Shown here piece after piece: positions 1 to 26,953 of a DNA stretch of 64,000 bases. The stretch lies in the NCBI RefSeq assembly GCF_009914755.1, contig NC_060927.1. One strand, written 5' to 3'. This stretch comes from the human T2T-CHM13v2.0 reference genome, Homo sapiens. Each line of letters begins with the position of its first letter. Within the stretch, counting starts at the first letter, position 1. The position numbers and the translations under genes were made by a program. The notes below the pieces were generated by a model, which was not told where the DNA came from, searched no databases, and saw nothing but the letters and a program-made list of their open reading frames with translations.

Positions 1-1474
1 GGAATGTGGGCCTCAGTCACACTCCTTCAGCTTCCTTTTCCTTAGTCCCTACTAGTGGCTCAGGAAAAAACAAGAAGTTCAGATAGCGACAGGCATTGCT
101 TTTGAAAAGATAGTAACAGTACTTAGTAGTAACTGAGGAATTTTAAAAATACACTGTGCTTTTTTTTTAATTCTGTGTAGCTCTGGCCAATAGAGAGTTA
201 AGAGCACTGGTGGGATGGAAATACTAATTCCAGAGAGGTAGTGGGCATTTCCAAGCATCCCACAGCAAGTCAGGGGCAGGACAGGGAAGAGGAGCCTGGG
301 TTTCCTAGCTCCAGCCTCTGCTTGGTGAATCTCCCTGGCTACTTTGGAATAAGAAAGCTTTCATGTGTCCAGTGAAGGGTCAGGGCATCCAGTGGGTAAG
401 AATGGCATACTTCCTGCCCCTGTTGCAGGGCACAGGCCTCTGGGTAGAGTAGACTGGGGTTGGGGAGACGGGGGTGGGCAGCTTCAAGTAGCTTTGGGGT
501 ATAAGGCTCCAGGGCCAGAAGAGCCCAGGACTCATAGGATGGAGTTTGGTGGCAAAGCCTCTGCCACAGTGAGACTACTTGGAACAGCCCACTTTGGTAG
601 TGCACTCACTCTGAGCCAGGCCCCAGAGGCCTCAGGGTATAGTAGGGAATGAGGACAGAGATTGTTCATCCCTTTCTTCCTCCAACTGCCATGGACATGG
701 GGGATAACTCTGTAAACAAGCCGACATGTTCTAGATGCATATGGAGCACACAGCCATCAGGAGTAAGACCCACACCATGTAAGTGATTCTGGTAACGTGT
801 ACTGATTATTATTCGATGGCATGCAGTGGGGGTGGGTTTAGGCATAAGGGATAGAGGTAGCAACACCAACTCCCCATACCCCAATAAATTAGCTTTTCCA
901 GAGACCCTGCTTTATCCTCAGAGAAGGCTTTGCTCCCCAGAGCACATATCATTTTGAGAATATTGTTTCTTTGTCCATTCATTCAACAAGCATTTAGCCC
1001 CTGCTGTGTATCAGAGTCTGCGCAGGCTCTGAGTTCACAGGGGAAACACAACAGTCAGCAGGTTGGATCCCACAGACTGTATGAGCACAACACAGTCTGA
1101 ATATAGCATTGAATACTGAAACAGTGTTGACCATTGGACTTGTAGGAGCTCTTTTCTTGGGAAAACTTTAGTTTATAACATGATGGAGATTGAATTAATC
1201 TGACATAAAAACTTTTTGGGACAAAAATAAATGATTTTGTTTATTGTCCATAAGAGATCTTAAAAAGTCTTTTGTTTGGGAATGGAACCTCTACTCAAAC
1301 CCAGGTTTGGGCTCCCTAGGGCCTTGAAGTCAGTGGGAGCAGCTGAGTAGGGAGTGGTTGATGGATCAAGGAACACATTTAGGGGAAAATATCACAATCC
1401 AACTTGGACAGCCTCAGGTCGAAAGTGGGTGATATTATAAGATCAGAGTGGTATCCTTTGGAACTCAAGGATAG

Positions 1475-1829
<355 letters not shown>

Positions 1830-2655
1830 ACCTTGCATTTTCATGGGCTCCTCAGATCCCTCAGCTGTGTGTGCAGAAGAAAGGAGGAAGGCCGGTGAAT
1901 AGGCAGCCTCTGCCAAGTACCTCTTTTGGGGATGACTCTCAGGTACTCCGAGACTGGGGGAGGCCAAGTCTCAGAGTACCTGAGGGACCCAGGCTCATGG
2001 AGACTTCTCCACTCCGTCTTTCCTAGGTGCAATGCCAGGGTCTTGGATGTAGCGGTGAGCAAAGCTGGTGCAGCCCTATTCTCAAGGAGATAAGGGCCTA
2101 ATGGGAGAGACTAACTTTAATCACATACAAATCAAAATTCTATTGAAGGAGTAGGACCAGAAGCCATGAGAACTAATGCCCTGAGGCAGTGATGCCAGGT
2201 GAAGACATGTGTGATGTGTGTCTGAGGGGTGAATAGGAGTCAAGGAAATAGGTAGGTGGGGAGGAAAGGGGGGTCAAGCCTTCTAGGCAGGTGGAACCAC
2301 ACATGCAAAGGCCCTGAGGCTCATGATCAAAGAAATAGGACATGCCTTTTCAGTGGAAGATGGACCAGAAAGATGGAGGGGAGCAAAGGGACATGTTCTG
2401 GCAATGGTACACACAGCCTACTTCTAGCCAGGACATCCTCCTGCTATGATTGCTGGGACTGGTTGTTCTGTCTTTCCTGTCCCCTCTAACTCCTCCCCAG
2501 CTTTTTCCTCTGGGCTCCAATAGGAGCTCACTGCCCCTCCCTGCTTTGGGGTTGTTTGTCCAGCTAGTTGCTCCTGCCACTATGAGAGGGCACCAAAATA
2601 GTTGTTGCCCCCATGAGGAGAGGTAGAGAGGTAGCAGCAGTACTTTCTCTCTGGT

Positions 2656-4036
<1,381 letters not shown>

Positions 4037-4063
4037 TAAAATTTTAAAAAATTATACAAGTAA

Positions 4064-4786
<723 letters not shown>

Positions 4787-6071
4787 TCAACTTCCACTGC
4801 CCCTTCCTTTTCCAGCATTATTACTTTTCTGGGCATATTTCTAGGATCTTTTTAGAAGATTATAGGATCTTTTTAGAAGATCCTAGAAATATGCATTTAT
4901 ATCTGTGAACCTATTGTGAATATACACACGCATACTTTTTTGAAGAAAGATCATACTAAATGCATTGCTTTGCACCTTGCTTTTTTCACTGAACAATACG
5001 GGAGATACTTCTCCCCACCCTCCCACTTTTCAGAGAATTAGCTGTTTTGGTCCCAGATAACTTTTGTAAGAGACAAGGTGTTGTCTCTTACTGAATTAGA
5101 GTAACCGCTGGTGCCTTTTGGGGCTGTTGGGTACTCCTGTGTCCCAGGTGAATCTCCAAGTAAACCACTATATCTTCTGTTCTAGCTGGATTCCTACTTG
5201 CTCCATCTCTGAGGGCACTGTGAGCTGCAGCAGCATCCTGCTTGGGGAGGACAGTGGCCTTGTCACCTAGGTTCTGCCTTTGGATTCCAGGGAGCTTCCA
5301 GGCTCTTGTCTCCCTTTCTGGCCAGGGCTGTCTCTTGAATGCAGGAATATCTGGGAAATTCCCTGTTTCTTCCTTGGTAAGAGGTGTGAATTCACTTTTC
5401 TTTTTTTTTCTTTTTTCTTTTTTCTTTTTTTTTTTGAGACAGAGTCTTGCTCTGTCACTCAGGCTGGAATGCAGTGGCACGATCTCAGCTCACTGCAACC
5501 TCCATCTCCTGGGTTAAAGTGATTCTTCTGCCTCAGCCTCCCAAGTAGCTAGGATTACAGGCACCCACCATGATGCTCGGCTAATTTTTTGAAATTTTAG
5601 TAGAGATGGGGTTTCACCATGTTGGCCAGGCTGGTCTTGAACTCCTGGCCTCAGGTGATTCACCCACCTCAGCCTCCCAAAGTGCTGGGATTACAGGCGT
5701 GAGCCACTGAGCATGGCCTCACTTTCTTTATTCATACCCTCATATCTGGGCAGTCTGCCTTGCTCAGGCTCATACTCATCTGAGCAGAAGACTGCTTTCA
5801 GAGGTTCCCTGGGAGCAGGGCCATTGCAGCATGAGTAGTCATTTGCAGCCAGCATCCTGCCTTTCTTCTTGATGCCAGATGGTGCCCTACATTGGTATAT
5901 GCTGCCTGTGTCCCTTCAGAGACTCAACCCCAATCCGGAAGGAGGGTGGTTCCCATCTCTCTGGAACTCTTCTCCAAAGGTTTTGGTGTTTGGAATTTGA
6001 AATTTTTTTCTAGTGCAGTCCATCTCCACCTTGGGTCAGACCTCCTTTCCAGGGCACGATAGTGCTTGGAG

Positions 6072-6135
6072 TCATTCATTTATTCAACAAATATGTATTG
6101 AGCACCTGTTACATGCCAAACACTGTTCTAGGCAG
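6072..6135. mobile_element. L2 3'-end fragment
   Basis: cattcatttattcaacaaatatgtattgagcacct...atgccaaacactgttctagg. Confidence 0.7.
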
Positions 6136-6499
6136 TACTTAATGTTGGCTACTAATTATGTCCTGCTCCCGAATTTCTTCGCTATCTTGCTTGTTTCCCT
6201 ATGGCTTGTGAGAGGCTTCTGCCTCTAAATTTACCCCAGGAATATGAATTTTGAATTTCTAGGCAATCAAATTACAAGAGTTTGTTCCTGGGTTTTAACT
6301 CAAATTCTACCCTACTGGGAACATTTTTTATCTTCTATGAAATGGCAAACAGCTAGGAGACATGTTTCCTAGGAACTGGCCTTCTTGGTGCATTTCAGAG
6401 GAAGCACTTCATTTCAGAGGGTTGAGATTGTGAGAGCAGGGCTTGGAGGCCAGGAGTTCCCAGGCCAGGTCCTAGCCTTGCTGCCTGTTTTTCTGTTGA

Positions 6500-6772
<273 letters not shown>

Positions 6773-7352
6773 TAATCCACCCGCCTCGGCCTCCCAAAGT
6801 GGTGGAATTACAGGCATGAGCCAACGCGTCAGCTTGCTTTGTTTCTTTAATCTTTAGTTTTCTTGGAAAAAATGGAAATGATAAGAATACCCACCTGTGT
6901 GGTTGTTAGGCAGGTATTATGTAAAGGAAGAGCCTGCTACATAGAGTGAGCTGAGAACTGCTGGGGGTAGCGGGGTTACTGTCCTGATTCCCAGCAGTGA
7001 AAGGCATTTAAATCATTACAGGTTTCACACCTAAGTTTTCTTTTTTCATTTTAAACATCACTTGTTATTTTCTAATTTTGTGGATGCTTAATACATTAGC
7101 ACACTAATACATGCTTACAATTTAGAAACGAATATTGCATATTTGGGGGCTGTAGGCTCGGCTATCCTTTTCTTAAAGACAGGACCTTCCTTGTTGCCCA
7201 CCTAGGATGGTCTCAAACTCCTGCCCTCAATGCTGCCACAGCCTCCCAAGTAACTGGGATTATAGGCACAAGCCACTGTGCCTGGCTAGTTACTCTTTTA
7301 AAAATATCTTTCTGAGATATAATTCACTTACCATAGAATTCACTCATTTTAA

Positions 7353-7607
<255 letters not shown>

Positions 7608-8372
7608 TAGCCATGACGGTCTCAATCTCCTGATCTCGTGATCCACCCGTGTCGGCCTCCTAAAGTGCTGGGATTACAGGTGTGAACCACCGCACCTGGC
7701 CCAAAGCTACAATTTGAGAACATTTTCATCACCCACAAGAAGAAACCCCATACCCAAAATGTCACTTTCCATTCTTCCCCCCTCTATCTATCCTCCAGGC
7801 CTAAGGTAACCACTAATCTACTATCCACCTCTCTAGATTTGCCTATTCTGGACATTTCATATAAATGGAATCATGCAATGTGTGTTTTGGGGGTTTGGCT
7901 TCTTTCACTTAGTGTGTTTTCCAAGGCTCATCCAGGATGTAAGATGTAGTGTGTATCAGCACTTCATTCCTTTATTCATTTATTTGTTTAGAGAGGGAAT
8001 CTTACTCTGTCACCCAGAGGACATGGAGGCTGGAGTACAGTGGTATGATCATGGCTTACTGTAACCTCAAACTCCTGGGCTCAAGAGATCCTCCCACCTC
8101 AGCCTCCCAAGCAGCTAGGACTACAGGCATGCACCACCATGCCTGGCTAATTTTTTTTTTTTTTTTAAGTGACAGAATCTTCCTATGTTGCCCAGGCTGG
8201 TCTCAAATTCATGGCTTCAAGTGATCCTCCTGTCTCAGGCACCCAAAGTGCTGGGATTACAGGCATGAGCCACTGCACTCAGCCAGTTACTTCTTTCCTT
8301 CTTATTGCCCAGTGATATTTCATTGTATGGATGTACCACATTTTATCCATTTATCAATAAGTATGATTTTAG

Positions 8373-8522
<150 letters not shown>

Positions 8523-9411
8523 TAAGTAGCTAAGATTACAGGCGCCCGTCACCACGCCCGGCTGATTTTTTCTTTCTTTCTTTTTTTTTTGTATTTTTAG
8601 TAGAGACAGGGTTTCACCATGTTGGTCAGGCTGGTCTCGAACTCCTGACCTCATGATCCACCAGCCTCGGCCTCCCAAGGTGCTGGGATTACAGGTGTGA
8701 GCCACCGCACCTGGCTAGATGCGCTTTAAAAAATTGAAATTCCTTTCTATTTCTAGTCTGTTAAATTTTTTAAGCATAAAAAGGTATTGAATATCAAGAT
8801 GATCATGTAGTTTTTGTAATCTTGATAGATGGTTTTTGTCCATCATTCTATTAATATGCTATATTAATTGATTTTTTAGATGTTAAGCCATAATTGCATG
8901 TCTGAGAAAAATTCATTTGGTTATTATATTAAATCCTTTCTATATGTCACCGGATTTGTTTTGCTAGTAGTTGTTTATAATTTTTGCATCTATAGTAACA
9001 AGATATATTGGTCTAAAGTTTTCTTGTGATGTTTATGTCTGTTTTTTTACAAATTTAATTTGATTATTTTATTTTGTTTATTTCATTTTATTTAGATACA
9101 GGGTCTCATTATGTTCCTGAGGCTAGATTCAAACTCCTGGGCTCAAGTGATCCTCCCACCTTATTCCCCTGAGTAGCTGGGACTACAGGCATGTGCCACC
9201 ACATCCAATTTATGTGTGGTTTTGATATCAGGGTAATTGTGGCCTCATGGAATGAGTTGAGAAGTGTTTTATCCTGTTCTATTTTTTGGAAGAGTTTGTG
9301 AAAGATTAATATGAAATCTTAAGACAGTTTTATTGAGATATAATTAATATGCCAGAAAATTTACCCATTTAAAGAGTATAATTCAGTGGTTTATTACGTA
9401 TTACATTATAA

Positions 9412-9705
<294 letters not shown>

Positions 9706-9965
9706 TGAGCCACTGTGCCTGGTCACATTATTAATCTTTTAAAAATGGTGATAAAATATAAATATCATAAATTTGCCATTTTAACCATTTTAAGTGTACA
9801 ATTTAGTGGCATTAATTACTGTATATTCATGATTCATGTTGTGCAACCATCACCACTATCTATTTCTAAAATTTTTAATCACCCCAAACTCTGACCATTA
9901 ACCAGCACCTCCCCATTGACCCCTTTCTTCAGCGCCTGTTAACTTTTTTTTTTTTTTCTTTTTGA

Positions 9966-10208
<243 letters not shown>

Positions 10209-10295
10209 TAAAGTGCTGGAATTACAGGCATGAGCCACTGCGCCTGGCCTATCCATTTATTGATGGGCACTTGGGTTGTTTCTACTTTTTGACTC

Positions 10296-10991
<696 letters not shown>

Positions 10992-11873
10992 TCATATGGT
11001 AATTTTATGTTAGGCTTTTCGAGGTGCTGCCAAAAAATTTTCTGTAGCAGCTGTACCGTTTTACATTTCCACCATCATTGTATGAGGGTTCCAATTTTTC
11101 CACGTCCTTGTCAACACTTGTTATTTTCTGTTTATTTTGTTTGTTTTTAGTAATAGCCTAAAGAGTGTGAAGTGGTATCTTATTGTAGTTTTGATTTGCA
11201 TTTTTCTAATCAATGGCTTATTGGCCATTTGTAAATCTTTAGAGAAATGTCTGTTCAAGTCCTTTGCCTATTTTTGTTTTCAAGACAGGGTCTTGCTGTG
11301 TTGCCCAGGCTGGAGTTCAGTGGCTATTTACATTTGCAGTCATAACACACTACAGGCTCAAATTTCTGGGCTCAAGCAACCCTCTTGCTTCAGCCTACTG
11401 AGGAACTGGAACTACAGGCCCAGCTGAAATGAACTGCCTTTTGTGTGTTGATTTTATATCCTTCAGTTTTGCTGAAGTTGTTTATTAGTTCTAACTTTTT
11501 TGTGGCCTGTTTAGGGTTATCTACATGTAAGATCATGTGGTCTGCAGGTAGAGATAATTTTACTTCTTCTTTTCCAATTTGGATGTCCTTTATTTATTTT
11601 TTTTCTTGCCCAATAGCTCTGACTAGGACTTCCAGTACTATGTTAGATAGAAATGGTAAAACTTCCTTGCACATCGTTGTCTTGTTTCTGATTGTAAAGG
11701 GAAAGCTTCTAATTTTTCACTATTGAGTATTATGTTAGCTGTGAACTTTTCATAAATAGTCCTTATCATATTGAGAAAGTTCCCTTCTATTTCTAGCTTA
11801 AGTCTTTTGAATCATGAAAGTGTATTGACTTTTGTCAAATGCTTTTTCTGCATCAATTGAGGTAAACATATAG

Positions 11874-12248
<375 letters not shown>

Positions 12249-14172
12249 TGATTTTTGGATGTTCAATCAACCTTGCATTCCAGAAATAAAGCCCAATAGA
12301 AGGATGTACGATACTTCTAATATGCTGCTGAATTCAGTGTGCTAGTATTTTCTTAAGGATGTTTGCATCTCTTTTCATAAGGAAAATTGATCTGTAGTTT
12401 TCTTGTAGTATCTTTGTTGATATTAATTTATTTTTGGCTGGGCACAGTGGCTCATGCCTCTAATCCCAGCACTGTGGGAGGCTGAGGTGGGAGGATCACT
12501 TGAACTCAGGAGTTCGAGGCTGCAGTGAGCTATGATTGTGTCACTGCATTCCAGCCTGGATGACAGAGCAAGACCCTGTCTGTTATAAAATAAAATTTTT
12601 AAAAAATAAATTCTTTTTCAATGGTTAGTAGGATTCACCAGTGAAGACAACTGAGCATAAGCTTTTCTTTGTGGGAAGTTTTAAAATTACTTATTCAGTT
12701 TATTTATGTGTTATAGGTCTATTCCGATTTTTCATTTCTTCCTGAGTCAGTTTTGATAGTTTGCATCTTGGAATTTGTCAATTTCATCTAAATTACCTAA
12801 GGATGTGTGGTTGTTCATAGTATTCTCTTGCAATCCGATTTATTTATTTATTTATTTATTTATCAAGATGGAGTCTCGCACTGTCGCCCAGGCTGGAGTG
12901 CAGTGGCGCGATCTCGGCTCACTGCAAGCTCTGCCTCCCGAGTTCACTCCATTCTCCTGCCTCAGCCTTCTGAGTAGCTGGGACTACAGGTGCCCACCAC
13001 CATGCCCAGCTAATTTTTATTTTTATTTTTTTTATTTTTAGTAGAGACGGGGTTTCACCGTGTTAGCCAGGAGGGTCTCGATCTCCTGACCTCGTGATCC
13101 ACCCACCTCGGCTTCCCAAAGTGCTGGGATTACAGACGTGAGCCACCACGCCCGGCCAATCCTTTTAATTTATTTAAGATTGGTAGTAACATCCTTTCTT
13201 TTATTTCTGATTTTAGTCATTTGAATCTTTTTTTCTTTGTTAAAAGAAGGCTTATTGATTTTTTTTTTTATCTTTTGAAAGAACCATCTTTTGGTTTTAT
13301 TGTCTTTCTCTATTTTCTATTCTGTATTTCACCTCTAATCTTTATTATTTTCTTCATTATATTTACATTGTGTTTAGTTTGCTCTTCTTTTTCTAAGTAT
13401 TAAGTCGGAAGTTTAGGTTATTGGTTTGAGGTCTTTTCTCTTTTTTGTTTTATTTTCTATTTTTCATTTTTTTGGGCACTTAGTAGGTGTATATATTTAT
13501 AAGGTACCTGAGATGTTTTGATACAGGCATGCATTGTGAAATAAGCACACCATGGAGAATGGGGTATCCATCCCCTCAAGCATTTATCCTTTGAGTTACA
13601 AACAATCCAATCACATTCTTTAAGTTATTTAAAAATATACAATTAAGTTATTATTGACTATAGTCACCTTGTTGTGCTATCAAATAGTAGGTCTTATTCA
13701 TTCTTTCTAACTATTTTTTTGTGTACCCATTAACCATCCTCACCTCTTCCACCACCCTCCCACTACCCTTCCCAGCCTCTGGTAACTATCCTTCTCTTCT
13801 CCATGTTCATGGGTTCAATTGTTTTGATTTTCAGATCCCACGAATAAGTGAGAACATGCGATGTTTGTCTTTCTGTGCCTGGCTTATTTCATTTAACATA
13901 ATGATCTCTAGTTCTGGCCGTATTGTTGCAAATGACTGTATCTCATTCTTTTTTTATGGCTGAGTAGTACTCCACTGTATATACGTGCCACATTTTCTTT
14001 ATCCATTCAGCTGTTGTTAGACACCTAGGTTGCTTCGAAATCTTAGCTATTATAAACAGTGCTGCGACAAACTCAGGAGTGCAGATATCTCTTCAATATA
14101 TTGATTTCCTTTCTTTTGGGTGGATACCCAGTGGTGGGATTGATGGATCATATGGTAGCCCAATTTTTAGTT

Positions 14173-14621
14173 GTTTTTTTTTTTAATTTTAATTTTTATT
14201 TTATTGAATTATTTTTGGTGTGTCTAGGTCAAGGAAAGAGGAGATCGTGGGTGGGGAAACAGACTGAGGGAATCAGAAGCACCACTGTCCATCCGGAATT
14301 AAATCCACATCCCAGTATCTTCTGCACATATTTCACTAATTATTTCCTCTCGGAACTCCTCCCCTCGTGCTTCTTCCTCTGGTGAGGCCGGCGCTCCCTT
14401 CCCAGGCCGCAGCGGACAGACAGGGATTGGGTTTCGTGTGCCTGCCACACCAGGCAGGCTCTTGCGGCTCCCAACTAGGCGGCCTTGCACTCCGTGTGCA
14501 CTGGCCACACATCCTTGCCTCCTCCACCCGGTCCGCCGCCGGTTTCCTTGGAAGTTAAATCTTGGAGGATTTGTCCACACCCCTCACGTTTCTTCAGCCG
14601 CCCCTGGGCGCTGCGTCTAAC
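14173..14621 (-). pseudogene. 5'-truncated processed retrocopy of an mRNA 3' end (parent not identified), inserted in an L1MA
   Basis: 14-bp TSD CCCAATTTTTAGTT (14159-14172 and 14622-14635); poly(T) 14174-14184; TTTATT (AATAAA on minus) at 14200-14205; GC/CpG-rich body unlike the flanking L1. Confidence 0.85.
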
Positions 14622-15300
14622 CCCAATTTTTAGTTTTTTGAGAAACCTCCAAACTGTTCTTCATAGTGGTTGTACTAATTTACATTCCCACTAACAGTGT
14701 ACAAGGGTTCCCTTTTCTCTACATCCTTGCCAGCATTTGTTATTGCCTGTCTTTTGGATAAAAGCCATTTTAACTGGGGTGAGATGATACCTCATTTAGT
14801 TTTGATTTGCATTTCTCTGATGATCAATGATGTTGAATACCTTTTTATATGCCTGTTTGCCATTCGTGTGTCTTCTTTTGAGAAATGTCTATTCAGATCT
14901 TTTGTTCATTTTTGATCGGATTATTAGATTTTTTTCTATATAGTTGTTTGAGCTCCTTATATATTTTGGTTATTAATCACTTGTCAGATGGTTAGTTTGT
15001 ACATATTTTATTCCATTCTGTAGGTTGTTCCTTCACTTTTTTGATTGTATCCTTTGCTGTGCAGAAGCTTTTTAACTTGATGTGATTCCATTTGTCCATT
15101 TTTGTTTTAGTTGCCTGTGCTTGTTGGGTATTGGTCAAGAAAGTTTTGCCTGGAGATTTTCCCCTATGGTTTCCTATAGTAGTTTCACAGTTTGAGGACT
15201 TATATTTAAGTCCTTAATCCATTTTGATTTTATTTTTGTATATGATGAGAGATAGGGGTCTAGTTTCATTCTTCAGCATATGGATATCCAGTTTTCCCAG

Positions 15301-15301
15301 C

Positions 15302-15347
<46 letters not shown>

Positions 15348-15622
15348 ATTATCTATTTACTTATTTATTTATTCTGAGACAGGGTCTCACTCTGTTGCCC
15401 AGGCTGGAGTGCAATGGCACAATCATGGCTCACTGCAGCCTCAACCTCAGCCTCCTGGGTAGCTGGGACTACAGGCACACACCAGCCAATTTTGTGTATT
15501 TTCAGTAGAGACAGGGTTTCACCATGTTGCCCAGGCTGGTCTTGAACTCCTGGACTCAAGCAATCCGTCCATCTCAGCTTCCCAGAGTGCTGGGATTACT
15601 GGTGTGAGACACCACACCCTAC
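15301..15622 (-). mobile_element. AluJ-like with a (CTAT)n tetranucleotide tail (15303-15346)
   Basis: About 11 ctat units followed by an Alu body; TSD-like cccagc. Confidence 0.88.
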
Positions 15623-16417
15623 CCCCAGCACCATTTATTGAAGAGACTGTCTTTTCTCCAGTGTGTGTTCTTGGCACCTTTGTCAAAAATGAGTTCACTG
15701 TAGGTGTGTGGACTTGTTTCTGGGTTTTCTATTCTGTTCCATTGGTGTATGTGCCTTTTTAAAATGCCAGTACAATGTTGTTTTGGTTACTATAGCTCTG
15801 TAGTCTAATTTGAAGCCAGGTAATATGATTCTTCCAGCTTTGTTCTTTTTGCTTAGGATAGCTTTGGCTGTTCTGGGTCTTTTGTGGTTTCATATAAATT
15901 TTAGGATTTTTTTTTATTCTGTGAAGAATGTCATTGATAGTTTGATAGGGATTGCTTTTAATTTGTAGATTGCTTTGGGTAGTATGGACATTTAAACAAT
16001 ATTGATTCTTCCAATCCATGAATATGGAATATTTTTCCATTTTTTGGTGTCCTCTTCAATTTAATTCTTCAGTGTTTCATAGTTTTCCTTATAGAGATCT
16101 TTTACTTCTTTGGTTAAGTTAATTCCTAGGTATTTAATTTTATGTGTGGTTATTGTAAATGTGATTACTTTTTATATTTCTTTTGCACATTGTTCACTGT
16201 TGGCATATAGTAATAGAAATACTACTGATTTTTGTATGTTGATTTTGTATCTTGCAACTTTACTGAATTTATCAATTCTAATAGTTTTCTTGTGGCATCT
16301 TCCAGTTTTTACAAATATAAGACCATATCATCAGTAAACAGGGATAATTTGACTTCTTCCTTTCCCCTTTGGATCCCCTTTATATCTTTCTCTTGTCTGA
16401 TTGGACTTAAGTACTGT

Positions 16418-16910
16418 TGTTACTGGTGGAGGGTCTTGACTACAAGTGGTCCAGGTTCTTGGCATTTTGAACAAAGAATTGGAGAAAACGCACAAAACAA
16501 ACGAAAGAATGAAGCAATGAAAGCATAGATTTATTGAAATGAAAGTGCACTCCACAGACTGCGAGCAGGCTAGAGCAAGCAGCTCAAGAGTGCTGCTTAC
16601 ACAATTTTCTGGGGTTTAAATAGTCTTTAGATGTTTCCTATTGGTTGCTTGATTTGCTCCCTGTGTAGATGAAGTGGTAGCCTGTGACCAGTATGATTGG
16701 TTGTGGAAGGCGATCAGTCAGAGGCTGAAGTGAAGTTACAAAGTTACACCCTATGCAAATGTCTGATTGGTTGCGGGAGAGGACCAATCAGGGGTACTTT
16801 CTGTTTCTCATCTGCCATGCAAAAGGAGTAACTTCTGTCATTTTGTTACTTGGGCAGGGAAAGTTGGGGTTTTTCTTTTCTTTTCTTTTCTTTTCTTTTC
16901 TTTTCTTTTC

Positions 16911-16941
<31 letters not shown>

Positions 16942-17309
16942 GAGACAAGAGTCTCGCTCTGTCGCCTGGGCTGGAGTGCAGTGGCGCAATCTCGGCTAAC
17001 TGCAACCTTCGCCTCCTGGGCTCAAGCGATTCTTCTGCCTCAGCCTCCCAAGTAGCTGGGATTATAGGCGCCTGCTACCACGCCCGGCTAATTTTTGTAT
17101 TTTTAGTAGAGATGGGGTTTCACCATGTTGGCCAGGCTGGTCTCAAACTCCTGACCTTAGGTAATCTGCCTGCCTCAGCTTCCCAAAGTGCTGGAATTAC
17201 AGGTGTGAGCCACTGCACCCGGCCGGGATTTTCCTTTTGATTCAGTTCTAGGAAGTCAGTGCAAATTGACCTTAGGTTCCCTTCCTCCAGACCCTATTCT
17301 CCTGCCTCA
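16418..17309 (-). mobile_element. MER51-family (ERV1) solo LTR with an internal AluS
   Basis: Minus strand begins TGAGGCAGGAGAATAGGGTCTGGAGG and ends ...AACA; imperfect 4-bp TSD ctgt/ctat; repeated CCAAT boxes; AATAAA on minus near 16530. Confidence 0.85.
16871..17224 (-). mobile_element. AluS with (TTTTC)12 pentanucleotide tail (16871-16930), inside MER51
   Basis: Read directly. Confidence 0.9.
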
Positions 17310-17639
17310 CTATGTTGAATAGCAGTGATGACAGTGGGCATCCTTGTCATGTTCCAGATCTTAGAGGAAAGGCTTTCGATTTTTCCCCGTTCAGTATGAC
17401 ACTAGCTGTAGGTCTGTCGTATATGGCTTTCATTATTTTGAGGTATGTTCCTTCTATCCCCAGTTTTTTGAGGGTTTTTTTTAAAATCATGAAGGGATGT
17501 TGAATTTTTTCAAATGCTTTTTCAGCATCAATTGAAATGAATCTTTCTTTTCTTGAATATAGGTATTTGCAGCTAGAAATTTCTCTGAGTACTGCTATCA
17601 CTACATCCAATGTTTTGATATGCAGTGTTTTCATTTTAA

Positions 17640-26953
<9,314 letters not shown>

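Larger units (their letters stand above)
13445..17540 (-). mobile_element. L1MA (L1MA1-3-like), 5'-truncated; interrupted by the retrocopy, AluJ, MER51 and AluS
   Basis: Diagnostic 3' end (gatacaggcatgc...atggggtatccatcccctcaagcatttatcc). ORF2 remnant peptides on minus: [46 protein letters not shown]. Confidence 0.85.

Noticed and set aside
14299-14580. 93-aa ORF in the retrocopy as a new gene
   Set aside because: GTG start, no recognisable domain, and the region looks like 3' UTR. I could not identify the parent, so no symbol is given.
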